In this document: positions 29,552 to 40,605 of the stretch, one piece after another | Layout: each line of letters begins with the position of its first letter | Position numbering within the stretch: the first letter of the stretch is position 1 | Assembly (NCBI GenBank): GCA_964451495.1 | Contig: CAYVHS010000005.1 | Coordinates: 8,926-72,925 of the forward strand | DNA from: an uncultured Bdellovibrionales bacterium | GTDB lineage: Bacteria; Patescibacteriota; Minisyncoccia; Moranbacterales; UBA1568 | DNA: 64,000 bases | Direction of reading: 5' to 3' | Made by a program: the position numbers and the translations under genes | The notes under the pieces: model-generated | The model's database searches: none | Told to the model about the DNA's origin: nothing | The model's input: only the letters and a program-made list of their open reading frames with translations

Positions 29552-30176
29552 AGACTTCGAGATTTCTTAAATCAGCGAATGATTCAACATTAATATTGTT
29601 TGGAGCATGTATCGGATCGATATTCACCATAAAGTGCACCCGAACTAGCCTCACATTCCCAGTCGCCACTGGCGTCACGATAGGATTGTTCACCGTATCA
29701 CCAGGATAATTCTGATTATAATAATAAAATATCGGATCAGTAGCCGTATTGGTTATATACTGCGCAAGTGTGATAACCGTATCATCAGCTGCCGGGTAAC
29801 TAACGGGGGTTGTACCCCGCGGATTCGTAACGCCTATCTTGAACAAATCATTCGGTTGATCAAGAAAATAATGTACTCGTTCTGTCGCTCCGTCGCCATC
29901 GATATCTATATACACCTTCAAGTCAAAGTCAGATCCCGAAACTATTGGGTAGGAACCATTGTCCGACTGACGGACTTTCCTCAATTCTCGGACTGTTTTG
30001 TTCACTACATGCGAGGCAGTCGCTGAAGCGATTCCTTCTTCTAAGATGAATTTATTCGTATCCAGACTCTTCGACAAAAGAAAGGTGAACCCCTGTGTCG
30101 TTATCAGCATAATAGCGATAGCAACAAGCATTTCGACTAGCGTCATGGCCCTCAATGTTTTGTGTACCATATGCAC
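29544..30176 (-). CDS. Minor pilin (PilW-like)
   Basis: RA/MTLVEMLVAIAI prepilin motif. Confidence 0.8.
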   Translation of the reverse strand: MHMVHKTLRAMTLVEMLVAIAIMLITTQGFTFLLSKSLDTNKFILEEGIASATASHVVNKTVRELRKVRQSDNGSYPIVSGSDFDLKVYIDIDGDGATERVHYFLDQPNDLFKIGVTNPRGTTPVSYPAADDTVITLAQYITNTATDPIFYYYNQNYPGDTVNNPIVTPVATGNVRLVRVHFMVNIDPIHAPNNINVESFADLRNLEVYE

Positions 30177-31564
30177 TAAGGATTGAGAGAAATAATTTTC
30201 TTTACAAGCGCCCCCGCTATCGTCACCGTCGAAGTATCATTACTGAAGCCCGATGCACTCACTTCCACATCATACACTCCATCCACAAGCGCCGGGAGTG
30301 ATGTCGGGAAGTAGGCAAACCCGTATTGATCAGTAGTGATGGTCGCATCATAGCCGAGCGTCGTATTCGAAAGATGCACGGTTGCGCCCGGTAGTACCGA
30401 AGCATCAGTGTTGTCCTTGACGGTTATTTTCACTGACCCAATATTTTCACTGAGAAACCGTCCCACGATCTCTTTTGTCGTTCCGGGGCTTACCACAAAA
30501 TCGTCTATCGGGACGCCTTCGGGATCGAGCTTATAAAATTCATACTGGGCAGGATCGGTAAATGTCAGCGTATACGGGCCATAACTCTGATCATTCAACG
30601 TTATTTCTCCAGAAGCATCCGTTGCGTCGTCCTGTACCAATCCATACACTGTTTGCAAGGTTGGGTTAACCCCCATGATGCGTCCGCCCTCAATATGAAA
30701 ATCTACATTTGGGATATCTACTCCAAAGGCGTCTTTCGTCCGGAGGTGAATATCAGAAGACTGATCCATCACTATCGTTTTTTGATTGAGCACACCATTG
30801 ACCACGGAAGCATGTACATCAGTCGGACTATAAGCCGTCGTTGGATAAGGAGAAAGGGTGGTCGCGCCATAATAGCCACTCTTGGAAACCGTCAAATGAT
30901 ATACTTCTGTACCTGCTGGCGTTCCGACCAAGGTGATATTGCCATCAGAGCTCGTCGCAGTCGTCAAATTTACACCAGCAGCTGAATTTTCTACATGAAC
31001 CGTCGCTCCAGAAACGCCACCCCCTATCGAATCAAGAATATTTATAGAAAAAATACCTCCTCCGGCGGATGTCTCGATGCCCTTGGGTGAAAAATGTGCA
31101 TACGATGCCACGGATTGATCTGCTCCGCCACTACCCCACGATACGGTCAGTCGCACCTTTTTATAATCATTTGGTATCGCATCATTGGGACTACCACCCA
31201 ATGTCCCGTCAAATGTGTCATCGACATATTGAACAAAGGTATGGACATGATACAAAGTAGTATTGACTGAAATATCTTCGTCCTCCAAAATATCTCCCGG
31301 TGGAATACCATAAACCCAGGCGCTTCCATTCCAATGCTTTGTCCCAATAGTGCTGTACGCCACGCTCCTGATAACTTCCATTTTTTGATTAACAAGAGCT
31401 GTCGCACCCAGACGATTTTTGGACTCAATAATCATCCTCGTCCCTACGGTGTATGTCTGGAGAAAAACAACGGAAATCAAAGCAAAAATAAAAAGGACTA
31501 CCAAGGATTCAATCAAGGTAAATCCCTGCATCTGCTGGTGTTTTATTTTTTTCAATACAAACAT
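30176..31564 (-). CDS. Minor pilin (PilV-like) with three carboxypeptidase-regulatory-like beta domains
   Basis: QG/FTLIESLVV; repeated GATVH...T..DG...Y...VS.SGY/F units. Confidence 0.8.
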   Translation of the reverse strand: MFVLKKIKHQQMQGFTLIESLVVLFIFALISVVFLQTYTVGTRMIIESKNRLGATALVNQKMEVIRSVAYSTIGTKHWNGSAWVYGIPPGDILEDEDISVNTTLYHVHTFVQYVDDTFDGTLGGSPNDAIPNDYKKVRLTVSWGSGGADQSVASYAHFSPKGIETSAGGGIFSINILDSIGGGVSGATVHVENSAAGVNLTTATSSDGNITLVGTPAGTEVYHLTVSKSGYYGATTLSPYPTTAYSPTDVHASVVNGVLNQKTIVMDQSSDIHLRTKDAFGVDIPNVDFHIEGGRIMGVNPTLQTVYGLVQDDATDASGEITLNDQSYGPYTLTFTDPAQYEFYKLDPEGVPIDDFVVSPGTTKEIVGRFLSENIGSVKITVKDNTDASVLPGATVHLSNTTLGYDATITTDQYGFAYFPTSLPALVDGVYDVEVSASGFSNDTSTVTIAGALVKKIISLNP

Positions 31565-31565
31565 T

Positions 31566-32786
31566 TTATTTGATATTCTCGAGTACGCTATACATCGGCT
31601 GGAGCATGGCCACCGCAAAAAACCCTACACCACCACCGATAAGCAACATAAGAATCGGTTCGATGATAGAAGACATGTTCTTGGTAATCTGCGAGACTTC
31701 TTCTTCATAAAACTCGGCGAGGCGTCGCAACATAAGCTCGGTCTTGCCCGTCTCCTCTCCTACCTCAATGATTTGCGGCAGCAAAATAGGAAAAATCGCT
31801 GGATATTTGGCAATCACCTTACTCAAATCAATGCCCTTCTGAATCTCTACAACAGCCTCGTTGAGAGCATCTTTGTAATAAACATTCGACAATGTTTTGG
31901 AAACAATCGTGAGAGCAGTCACTACAGGGATACCACTTTTCAGGAGCGAACTGTAGATACGAGCGAAACGGGCGCAGTTTACTTTGATGACAATATTTCC
32001 CACAATCGGCAAGTGGACAAACACAAGACTGAAAAATCTCTTACCCAGTGGTGTGCTAGCAAAAATTTTCACCCCGAGCGTCGAACCAACAGCAATAACA
32101 AGACTCAAAATCCAATGTGTAGATAAAAAGTTACTCATCGCCATAATCGCCTTTGTCGTGGCAGGCAATTCCACATCCATATCCTGAAAAGTACTCATCA
32201 TCTTTGGGAGGATATACGTGAGCATGAAAACAGCGATACCGACCATAGCCACGACAATAACCGCCGGATAAATCAGCGCTCCACGCACTTTGGAAAGAAG
32301 ATCGTTTTCCTTTTCGAGTTGAAGAGCCAGAATATCGAGCACCTCTTCGAGATTACCGCTGACCTCGCCGACGTATACCATATTCACAAAGAGCTCGTTG
32401 AAAACCACCGGGAACTTGGCTAGTCCCTCCGAAAGAGTCTTGCCACCCTGGAGATCATCGTACACACTTTCCAAAATGCCTTTAAATGTCTTATTGCGGG
32501 TCTGAAGACTCAGGTTATGGACCGCTCGTGAAACAGTCAAACCCGAAGAAACCATCACGGAGAGGTTGCGCATGAACGACATTTTCTCCTTGAGCGACAC
32601 CGTTTTGAATCGATCAAAAAACTTGACGTGCAAAGCCGATACCTCTTTCACTTCCTGGTGCGAAGTCAAAAGAGCACCCTCTGAACGGAGCTGCTGTGCC
32701 AATGATTTCTCATCCTTGGCTTCCATTTCGCCGCCAGAAGTCTCACCACTCGTGATATCTTTGGCGGTATATATGAATTTTGGCAT
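31566..32786 (-). CDS. pilC: Type IV pilus platform protein PilC (T2SS F family)
   Basis: MPKFIYTA, GEVSGNL, ALIYP, GEETG, IEPILM. Confidence 0.93.
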   Translation of the reverse strand: MPKFIYTAKDITSGETSGGEMEAKDEKSLAQQLRSEGALLTSHQEVKEVSALHVKFFDRFKTVSLKEKMSFMRNLSVMVSSGLTVSRAVHNLSLQTRNKTFKGILESVYDDLQGGKTLSEGLAKFPVVFNELFVNMVYVGEVSGNLEEVLDILALQLEKENDLLSKVRGALIYPAVIVVAMVGIAVFMLTYILPKMMSTFQDMDVELPATTKAIMAMSNFLSTHWILSLVIAVGSTLGVKIFASTPLGKRFFSLVFVHLPIVGNIVIKVNCARFARIYSSLLKSGIPVVTALTIVSKTLSNVYYKDALNEAVVEIQKGIDLSKVIAKYPAIFPILLPQIIEVGEETGKTELMLRRLAEFYEEEVSQITKNMSSIIEPILMLLIGGGVGFFAVAMLQPMYSVLENIK

Positions 32787-32958
32787 ACCTGATTAGTAGT
32801 TTTTTGACATGTTTCTTTTTCTGATGTCGAAAACTACCAAAATTTTATTCTTTCTGTTTATATTTGGCTACTCGTCTTACTTCGGATGTATTTTCATTTT
32901 CTGTAGTTATTATACCACATTTTTTCTCTATGATTGTGCTCCTCTTCACAAATAAATC

Positions 32959-33885
32959 TTACACACCGAGACGCTCTTTGAATTTCTGAAATACACGTGG
33001 CCCTTGCGGACGAGGGAGGAATATAAGAGCTCGATCGTGAGCCTCTATCAGGCTTCCTTCTAGAGAACTTTTTGGATTGTGTCTGATCTTTTCTTTCTGC
33101 CAAGATGCGAGCCACTTCTCCAAATCAAACAGATTAAAAAAAGCTTCCAGACTCTCTCTGCTAAAACGGATCAAAGAATTTTCTGAGATTTCCCACAAAC
33201 TCGACATGAGTGTCACAGAAAAATTTGGCTTATAATCACGTATCCAAGCATTTTTCACTTCAAAGACCTGGAAAAGCTTGAAATTAAAAAGCGGGATAAG
33301 AAACCGATACTCATGCGCGGAGAAGAGGTCTTTTGTCCCAATTCTCAGATTATCATCCGTGATGAAATAATTAAGACAAGCACGATCCTCTACCTTGCTC
33401 CCGTGCCGCCGTTTGCCGATGAGATGGAGAAATCCCGTGATGAGCGTACGTCCGAGCCAGATTTTACCAGAACGCAATACAACAAACATATCCCAATCAC
33501 TTCCCTTGTCACCATGCTTCATCGCCAGGCTACCAGTTGCTCCCAACATGTGCACATAGGGCAAACAGGCCATCAATTTTGCGAGAGAACGCATCCGCCT
33601 TAACTTCCTCACGGAAAGTTTTTCTGCCTGTATCCGACTAGCAATCAGCGATTCTCGTCCCCGCAAAAAATAAAAGCCGTCTTTCTTGTCTATCTTTGGG
33701 GAGAAATGCTCTGATACGAGTAATCGCACCACATCTCCCAAACGAGAAGTCTGGCTCGATATATTTTCCTGATCACGATTATGCACAATCAAATGTTTCC
33801 ATATCTCAAAAGAGGTGAGTGGATAATTCAAAACATCATAGTATGTAACAGTAGCAAGAATGTTTTTCCCCAGTTGATAGGACAT
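32959..33885 (-). CDS. Pol-beta-superfamily nucleotidyltransferase-domain protein
   Basis: ATGSLAM...SDWDMFVV (GS...DxD intact). Confidence 0.65.
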   Translation of the reverse strand: MSYQLGKNILATVTYYDVLNYPLTSFEIWKHLIVHNRDQENISSQTSRLGDVVRLLVSEHFSPKIDKKDGFYFLRGRESLIASRIQAEKLSVRKLRRMRSLAKLMACLPYVHMLGATGSLAMKHGDKGSDWDMFVVLRSGKIWLGRTLITGFLHLIGKRRHGSKVEDRACLNYFITDDNLRIGTKDLFSAHEYRFLIPLFNFKLFQVFEVKNAWIRDYKPNFSVTLMSSLWEISENSLIRFSRESLEAFFNLFDLEKWLASWQKEKIRHNPKSSLEGSLIEAHDRALIFLPRPQGPRVFQKFKERLGV

Positions 33886-33900
33886 ACGGGACAATGTATA

Positions 33901-34008
33901 AATTTTCAATTTCTAATTTCTAAACAATTTCTAACGGTCAAATTCTAAAATTTTCAAATTGAGAAATTACATCATTGTTTGAAAATTGAGAACTAAAAAT
34001 TGAGAATT
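33901..34008. repeat. AT-rich heptamer-repeat inverted element
   Basis: Left arm AATTTTC-AATTTCT-AATTTCT-AAACAAT; right arm ATTGTTT-GAAAATT-GAGAACT-AAAAATT-GAGAATT. Confidence 0.7.
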
Positions 34009-36804
34009 CTACAAATATTTCGCGGTAAAACTTTTCTTGCAAGATTTGAGTTTTTCAGGTGTTCCAGAAAAAACGAGTTCACCACCCTTTTCGCCACCAT
34101 CCGGTCCCAGTTCAATCACCCAATCTGCTGAAGCAATAACATCCACATTGTGTTCAACGACCAGTACAGTGTTACCTTTATCTACCAACGCCTCAAGTAC
34201 CTCGAGCAAGCGACGGACATCTTCGAAATGAAGCCCTATCGTCGGCTCGTCCAGAATATAGAGCGTCTTGCCAGTCGATTTGCGAGCGAGCTCTGTAGCG
34301 AGTTTGATACGCTGTGCTTCGCCACCCGAGAGATTGGTCGCACTTTGCCCCAATACGAGATAGCCAAGACCTACCTCCTCAAGCACTCGGAGTTTCTCTT
34401 CAATTATCGGCTGATCGAGGAAAAAATGTCGTGCCTCGGTCACTGTCATACGGAGCACTTGTGCGATATTTGTCCCGCGATATTCGATTGAGAGAGTCTT
34501 AGCATTATAGCGTGTTCCCTGACAAACTTCACATGGTACATACACATCCGGCAAAAGATACATCTCTATCTTTTTCAGACCACCGCCCTGACAAGCTTCA
34601 CAACGACCACCACGCATATTGAAACTGAAGTGACTAGCTGAGAACTTCTCGCGTTTGGCCTCGGCTGTTTCTGCAAATAAATCCCGGATCATACTAAATA
34701 CTCCGGTATACGTCGCCGCATTAGAGCGAGGGGTGCGGCCGATAGGATCCTGATTGACAGAAATAACCTTGTCGATATTGCCCAATCCGTCTATTTTCTT
34801 GTGTCTGCCCGGCTCAGCCTTGGCATGATAAAAATATTTCGAAAGAGCTCGTGCCAAAATATCGTGCACCAAACTCGATTTCCCAGAACCGGATACTCCC
34901 GCTACCGCGACGAGCATGCCGAGAGGAATCTCTACATCGACATTTTTCAAATTGTGCTCTGTCGCCCCATGAATCGTGATGGCGTCTCCGGATCCTTTGC
35001 GACGCTTTGTTTTTTCAGATACCTCACGTTTACCCGAGAGGTACTGTCCTGTCAAAAGTTTCGAACGCATGAGTTTGTCTGGTGTGCCAGCAAAAATCAC
35101 TTCGCCGCCCTCGCTGCCCGCTCCTGGACCCATGTCTATGATATAGTCAGCTCGTCGCATAATCGCGACATCATGCTCTACGATAACCAACGAATTATTG
35201 GCTGTGCGCAAATCTTCTAGTGCATGGATGAGACGTTCAGTATCCCGATTATGCAGTCCTACGGATGGCTCATCGAGCACATAGATGATTCCAGAAAGCC
35301 CGGATTTCATCTGGACCGAGAGACGAATACGTTGTGCTTCGCCACCAGAAAGTGTGTCCGCGCTCCGGCACAACTCGAGATAGCCCAATCCGACTTTTTC
35401 TACGGCGCGCATGCGTGTTTCCATCTCACTAAAAAGCGGGGAAATGACACTTTTCTCTGCTGATTTTAACAGCTTGCCACAGAGTGGCTCAAGCACCTCC
35501 AAAAATTTTTCCACACTCAGCTCCACGAGCTCATGTATCGAATACTCTCCTACTTTTACCGCAAGCGATTCCGACTTCAGACGCTTTCCCTGGCAAAGAG
35601 GGCAAACACGCGTCAGCATATACGCCTCGATCTCCGCGCGCAAATGATCAGATTTCGTCTCTCGATATTTCCGCTCAAGCAAATGTATCACCCCTGGGAA
35701 AGCGTCTTCTTTACCCTCCTCACCAAATAAAACAATAGAAAGTTGTTTGCTAGAAAATTTCTTGACCGGGGTATCGAGAGAAAACTTGAGACGTTTCGCA
35801 AGATTACGCAGCATAACCATCGGCCCCTGCCCTGCCTGTCGGTCACCGTTCATCTTGCTCCACGGGCGGATCGCGCCTTCGGAAAGAGAGAGGTTCTTAT
35901 TTGGTATGACCAATTCCGGATCAAATTCGAGCGCTACACCCAGACCAGAACATTTCACACAGGCACCATCAGGATTATTGAAAGAGAAGTGGCTCGGAGT
36001 GAACGCTGGTAAAAAAACATCACACGCTTCACAACGATATTCTTCATTATAAATTTTTGTTTCACCGCTGCCATTAACACGAAGCAAGAGCGTCCCATGC
36101 CCTACATGAAATGCTGTTTGCAAAGAATCCAAGATACGCTCTTTATCCGGACGTGCGCGAGAAAGTACGAGTCGATCAATAACCACGAGCATATCCGAAT
36201 GTTCTGTGGCAGATGCTTCTGCTATCGCTTCGGCAACAGAAACTACTTCTCCTCGAAAACAAACGCGTACATACCCCCAAGCGCTTATGAGAGCAAGGGC
36301 CTCTTTTTCCGTTTTCAAGGCAAGCACAGAGCTCTCGGCGAGAAACACAAGTGGCGTCTCGTCAGGTAACTCGAGAATTTCATCTAAAATCTGCCGCACA
36401 CTTTTACGAGAAAGGACTTTGCCACACTGCGGGCAATGCGGTACGCCCAATTTGGCAAAAAGGACTCGCAGATAATCATACACTTCTGTCATGGTCCCCA
36501 CGGTCGATCGTGGACTGCGCGACACACTCTTCTGGTCGATAGAGATGGCCGGCGAGAGATTGCGGATAGCATCGACATCTGGTTTGTCGAAACCATCGAG
36601 GAAATTGCGTGCATACGAAGAAAGCGACTCAACATAACGCCGATTCGCTTCCGCAAAAAGAGTATCGAAAGCCAAGGATGATTTCCCTGATCCAGATAAC
36701 CCGGTAATGACCACAAGGGCATCACGCGGAATATCAACACTCACGTTCTTCAAATTATTGACTCGGGCACCTCGGATTTCAATCACTGAATTTTTCGCTG
36801 GCAT
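34009..36804 (-). CDS. uvrA: Excinuclease ABC subunit A, copy 1 (insertion domain present)
   Basis: [26 protein letters not shown] twice, Zn-finger CxxC motifs, GVSGSGKS. Confidence 0.95.
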   Translation of the reverse strand: MPAKNSVIEIRGARVNNLKNVSVDIPRDALVVITGLSGSGKSSLAFDTLFAEANRRYVESLSSYARNFLDGFDKPDVDAIRNLSPAISIDQKSVSRSPRSTVGTMTEVYDYLRVLFAKLGVPHCPQCGKVLSRKSVRQILDEILELPDETPLVFLAESSVLALKTEKEALALISAWGYVRVCFRGEVVSVAEAIAEASATEHSDMLVVIDRLVLSRARPDKERILDSLQTAFHVGHGTLLLRVNGSGETKIYNEEYRCEACDVFLPAFTPSHFSFNNPDGACVKCSGLGVALEFDPELVIPNKNLSLSEGAIRPWSKMNGDRQAGQGPMVMLRNLAKRLKFSLDTPVKKFSSKQLSIVLFGEEGKEDAFPGVIHLLERKYRETKSDHLRAEIEAYMLTRVCPLCQGKRLKSESLAVKVGEYSIHELVELSVEKFLEVLEPLCGKLLKSAEKSVISPLFSEMETRMRAVEKVGLGYLELCRSADTLSGGEAQRIRLSVQMKSGLSGIIYVLDEPSVGLHNRDTERLIHALEDLRTANNSLVIVEHDVAIMRRADYIIDMGPGAGSEGGEVIFAGTPDKLMRSKLLTGQYLSGKREVSEKTKRRKGSGDAITIHGATEHNLKNVDVEIPLGMLVAVAGVSGSGKSSLVHDILARALSKYFYHAKAEPGRHKKIDGLGNIDKVISVNQDPIGRTPRSNAATYTGVFSMIRDLFAETAEAKREKFSASHFSFNMRGGRCEACQGGGLKKIEMYLLPDVYVPCEVCQGTRYNAKTLSIEYRGTNIAQVLRMTVTEARHFFLDQPIIEEKLRVLEEVGLGYLVLGQSATNLSGGEAQRIKLATELARKSTGKTLYILDEPTIGLHFEDVRRLLEVLEALVDKGNTVLVVEHNVDVIASADWVIELGPDGGEKGGELVFSGTPEKLKSCKKSFTAKYL

Positions 36805-36887
36805 AGAGCGTATGGCTGAGAGCAAAAAATGATACAATTGTTTCTCAGTATACTCGCTTTTCGCGCGACTGTAAAGACTGTGGATAA

Positions 36888-37032
36888 AGTCAAAATCCAA
36901 ATTTCAAATGCCAAATGAATCTCGCCTCCGCCAGTTGGCGGATGGCGGACTAAGCGCTAAGCCCTAAAAATCCGTTTTGGACATTTTTCACTTTTGATTT
37001 GACTTGATATTCGTCATTTGGTTTTTGGGCTT
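36888..37032. repeat. Heptamer-repeat inverted element containing a GC-rich palindrome
   Basis: CAAAATC-CAAATTT-CAAATGC-CAAATGA versus TTTG-periodic right arm; inner tccgcca-gt-tggcgga. Confidence 0.65.
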
Positions 37033-38315
37033 CTCCCGAGAAATTCTTTGCCACGGCGTTTGCGATGAAAGGTGACAGCGAAACGATGGGCCTCGCTATT
37101 GGCCAAAAGAATATTAGCGCGTACATGAGCGAACCCCGGTGGAAGATTGATGATGTCTTTGGGCTGATGACGAGCATCTTTCACGACACCCACCAGGAGA
37201 GGCTGTACTGTTTCTGTTTCTGCAAAAAGCCTTTCTGCTACGCCGAGCTGGAGAAACGATCCGTCCACGATGATAATATCAGGATTCCCCCACTCAGGAT
37301 GTTTCATTCGTCGCTGCATAATCTCTTCGAGCGCAGACAAATCGTTGCCGCCATGCTCGCCACGCAAGATGAATTTCTTGTATGATTCTTTTTCTGGCCT
37401 GCCATCTTGCATCACCACCATCACGCCGACACTCGCCCCGCCACCCAAGTGAGCGACGTCATACGCCTCCATCCGGATACCCTCTACGGCATGATTCCTT
37501 TCTCGCACGTCCTCTTTGATGAGTGCCATGTCCTGAATATGTTGCAAACCAAACAGCGTTCTTTTGATTTCTCCGGCTCGCTCAAACTCGAGCGCATGAG
37601 CAGCCGCTTTCATTTCATTCGTCAGCTGTTTTACCAAAACGCTTTTGCGTCCCTCGAAAAACAAACGGATATGATTGATCATGCGACCATACTCTCGTGC
37701 AGTCACTGCCCCCGTACACACCCCCGGACAGAGACCAATCTGCGCCGAGAAACAAGGCTTGGTCTTTAGCTGGCGCGCCTCGGGCACTGTCTCATACGGC
37801 ATACACGTATCACGAAACGGAAACAACTTGCGCACGATCTTTATCGCCTCACGCAGTCCTGAACCTGATGGGAACGGCCCAAATATATATTTCGTCGGTT
37901 CGATGAATTTTCCTTGTGCGATATCGCGACCGCGCACGATGAGTACTCGTGGAAATGTTTCTTGTGTAATAACAACATGATTGTAGCTCTTGTCATCTTT
38001 CTCATCGGTATTGTAATACGGCTGGTGTTCTTTGATGAGTTTCGATTCGAGGATGAGTGCTTCGAGCACCGAGTCCGTTTTCCGATGCGCGACGAAACAT
38101 ACCTTTTCGAGCATGAGAACAATTTTCGGGCCACGCGTCACAGAAATATCCTGGGCGAAATAGCTCTTCACCCGATCGCGGAGTGACGTCGCTTTACCGA
38201 TATAAAGTAACTTCTTTTCTTGATCCAAGAAGAAATATACTCCCGGGGTTTCCGGCAATACATTCTTTTTCTGAAACATCTTCAGAGGAATAACTTTTTC
38301 CCAGAGTTTCGACAT
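37014..38315 (-). CDS. uvrC: UvrC-like excinuclease (GIY-YIG, UVR, RNase H-like domains; no C-terminal HhH)
   Basis: PGVY...YIGKATSLRDRVKSYF, EALILE, FERA, EAYDVAH, VDG, EAHRFA. Confidence 0.88.
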   Translation of the reverse strand: MSKLWEKVIPLKMFQKKNVLPETPGVYFFLDQEKKLLYIGKATSLRDRVKSYFAQDISVTRGPKIVLMLEKVCFVAHRKTDSVLEALILESKLIKEHQPYYNTDEKDDKSYNHVVITQETFPRVLIVRGRDIAQGKFIEPTKYIFGPFPSGSGLREAIKIVRKLFPFRDTCMPYETVPEARQLKTKPCFSAQIGLCPGVCTGAVTAREYGRMINHIRLFFEGRKSVLVKQLTNEMKAAAHALEFERAGEIKRTLFGLQHIQDMALIKEDVRERNHAVEGIRMEAYDVAHLGGGASVGVMVVMQDGRPEKESYKKFILRGEHGGNDLSALEEIMQRRMKHPEWGNPDIIIVDGSFLQLGVAERLFAETETVQPLLVGVVKDARHQPKDIINLPPGFAHVRANILLANSEAHRFAVTFHRKRRGKEFLGRSPKTK

Positions 38316-38472
38316 ACCCAGTCAGTAAAGATTCGACAATGTAATAAGAATTGCGGTTTTAATAAAATTTTGCTCTTTCATGCCCAGTCAAGGCTTCACC
38401 ACCGGACATAAATTTCTTTCTTTCCTTTATTCAAGCACGTATCGGCTTCCTCTGGCAATACATTCGTTGCTA

Positions 38473-38501
38473 TTGACTTTTTTGTATTTTAGGTGTATAA
38501 T
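38473..38501 (+). promoter_or_regulatory. Sigma70 promoter of an orphan gene
   Basis: TTGACT-N17-TATAAT. Confidence 0.75.
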
Positions 38502-38543
38502 ATTAGAAAGTTAATTTTACAATCTACCACCAGGGAGGCACTC

Positions 38544-38852
38544 ATGCCGGATGATTTTTTGAGTATTATGACAAAAGAAGTTGTCAAAAAAATGCGAGAG
38601 GCCAATGTTCCATTCCGTACGGCCTTTATGAACACAGCACACAAGCGGAATATATATCATCACAAAAATGCCAACCAATACAATTACTTCTTCGCTCAAA
38701 TTATCAAACGAGTGAAGCGAATTGCTGGCTTTGATCCGAAAAACCAGACATTGCCGCTCAAAGAAACAGCTTCACGCAAAATGATTGCGGAAAATGTCCC
38801 GCGAGCGATCGTTGACTATAAGCAGCTCGCTGCTCATGATCTCTTCAATTGA
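38544..38852 (+). CDS. Hypothetical basic orphan protein
   Basis: ATG at 38544 preceded by SD GGGAGG and a near-consensus promoter. Confidence 0.65.
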   Translation: MPDDFLSIMTKEVVKKMREANVPFRTAFMNTAHKRNIYHHKNANQYNYFFAQIIKRVKRIAGFDPKNQTLPLKETASRKMIAENVPRAIVDYKQLAAHDLFN

Positions 38853-38989
38853 TGGTCGCCCCCTCCGAAAAAACTGGTTTCCCCTGAAACCGCCCCGATG
38901 CCAACGCACAACCGTGCCTGGCATTTTTTTTAAAAAAAGAAGGCTTTGCGGAAATCTCCACAAAGCCTCAGGGATTAAAACCCAAACAA

Positions 38990-40408
38990 CTACAGCACCT
39001 CAGCCGCAAAATCAGCCAGCCGTGAACGTTCACCACGCTGGAGCGTCACGTGTCCGCTGTGTGGCCAGCCCTTGAAACGATCGACAACATACGTCAACCC
39101 AGAACTGCCTTCAGTCAGATACGGCGTATCAATTTGCGCGATGTTACCCATACAGACCACTTTGGTACCGGGACCGGCACGAGTGATCAGCGTTTTCATC
39201 TGCTTGGATGTCAGATTCTGGGCTTCATCGATGATGAGAAACTTGTTGAGGAACGTCCGGCCACGCAGGAAATTGAGCGATTTGATCTTGATCCGATTGC
39301 GGATCAAATCATGCGTTGCTGCACGACCCCATTCACCGGCATCGACATCGGTCTTGTTGAGTACCTCGAGATTGTCTTCGAGGGCACCCATCCACGGCCC
39401 CATCTTTTCTTCTTCCGTACCCGGCAAAAAACCGATATCTTCCCCTACCGGCACCGTGACCCGAGTCATGATGATTTCAGAGTACCGCTTCAATTCAAGC
39501 ACTTGTGTCAAAGCAGCCGCCAACGTAAGAAGTGTCTTGCCCGTACCGGCCTGGCCGAGCAAACTGACAAAATCAATTTCCGGGTCCATGAGCAAATTGA
39601 GAGCGAAATTCTGCTCCCGATTACGCGCCAGAATACCCCACACTCCATGCTTCGAGTGCGTGTAATCAATCAATGTCTCGAACTGCACGGTCTTTCCATT
39701 TACTTCACGAACGATGGCATAGAGTGGCTGTTCCCCTTCCTGATAAATGAACTCGTTGACCAGCATCTTGGGACAGAGCGGGCCATGGACACGATAGAGC
39801 GTTTGGGCTTCGCGCTTCCAAGACTCCATACCTTCGCCATGTTTATCCCAGAAGTTTTCAGGCAATTCCATCGAACCAGTGTACAAAAGATCAGTGTCCT
39901 CCATCACCTTATCGTTGAAATAGTCTTGTGCTTCCAGTCCGAGAGCTCGGGCCTTGATACGCATATTGATATCCTTGGAGACCAATATAACGGCCCGTTT
40001 CGGAAACTGTCTCTGCAAATGTATGACAACGGCCAGGATCTGGTTGTCAGCTTTGGCCGTAGGCAAACTAACCGGTAGTTCACCCGGGATGGATTCCGTC
40101 TGAATGAACAACCGACCACGCGCTTGCTTGCGAGAAGGTCCATAAAGCGGAATACCACTTACGAGATCAGTATGACCATTGACGATTTCATCCAGAATCC
40201 GTGTCACTTGTCGTGCATTACGGGCTACCTCTGATAAGCCCGTCTTGTGATTATCGAGCTCTTCGAGTGTCATGATGGGGAGATAAACATCATGCTCCTC
40301 AAAACGATACGGGCTCGATGGGTCATGCAACAAGACATTGGTATCCAGGACAAACCACTTCTTTACCTTTGCTACTGGCTTTGCTTTGGTTGGGACTTTA
40401 GCAGCCAC
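38990..40408 (-). CDS. PhoH2 (PIN ribonuclease + PhoH ATPase)
   Basis: FVLDTNVLLHDP, ADNQIL, LVSKD, GQAGTGKT, GFLPG, RGRT, DEAQN, RSRLA; GTG at 40408 after AAGGAG. Confidence 0.92.
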   Translation of the reverse strand: MAAKVPTKAKPVAKVKKWFVLDTNVLLHDPSSPYRFEEHDVYLPIMTLEELDNHKTGLSEVARNARQVTRILDEIVNGHTDLVSGIPLYGPSRKQARGRLFIQTESIPGELPVSLPTAKADNQILAVVIHLQRQFPKRAVILVSKDINMRIKARALGLEAQDYFNDKVMEDTDLLYTGSMELPENFWDKHGEGMESWKREAQTLYRVHGPLCPKMLVNEFIYQEGEQPLYAIVREVNGKTVQFETLIDYTHSKHGVWGILARNREQNFALNLLMDPEIDFVSLLGQAGTGKTLLTLAAALTQVLELKRYSEIIMTRVTVPVGEDIGFLPGTEEEKMGPWMGALEDNLEVLNKTDVDAGEWGRAATHDLIRNRIKIKSLNFLRGRTFLNKFLIIDEAQNLTSKQMKTLITRAGPGTKVVCMGNIAQIDTPYLTEGSSGLTYVVDRFKGWPHSGHVTLQRGERSRLADFAAEVL

Positions 40409-40605
40409 GATGTTCTCCTTCACGTTGAACTACAGAATGATTCAATTGTTAAAAGGACCGATTTTACGACGGCCCCACCTGCCCTTCTTATACTCCCTAC
40501 CAGGAGAAATGGCAAGAGTAAGCAATTATCCAGCAAAAATAGAGTCTCACTCCGTGGCCGAGAAACGAGGACGCTAAAATACGGCAATACACTCATGATA
40601 CTACG

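Noticed and set aside
36879-36887. Perfect DnaA box (TGTGGATAA) upstream of uvrA copy 1
   Set aside because: Single box with no cluster or neighbouring dnaA/dnaN; insufficient evidence for oriC.
39050-40078. Long plus-strand ORFs antisense to real genes (also 8939-9751, 14162-15004, 20012-20779, 27123-27902, 48883-49611)
   Set aside because: Shadow frames of well-conserved minus-strand genes, with no recognisable motifs or translation signals.
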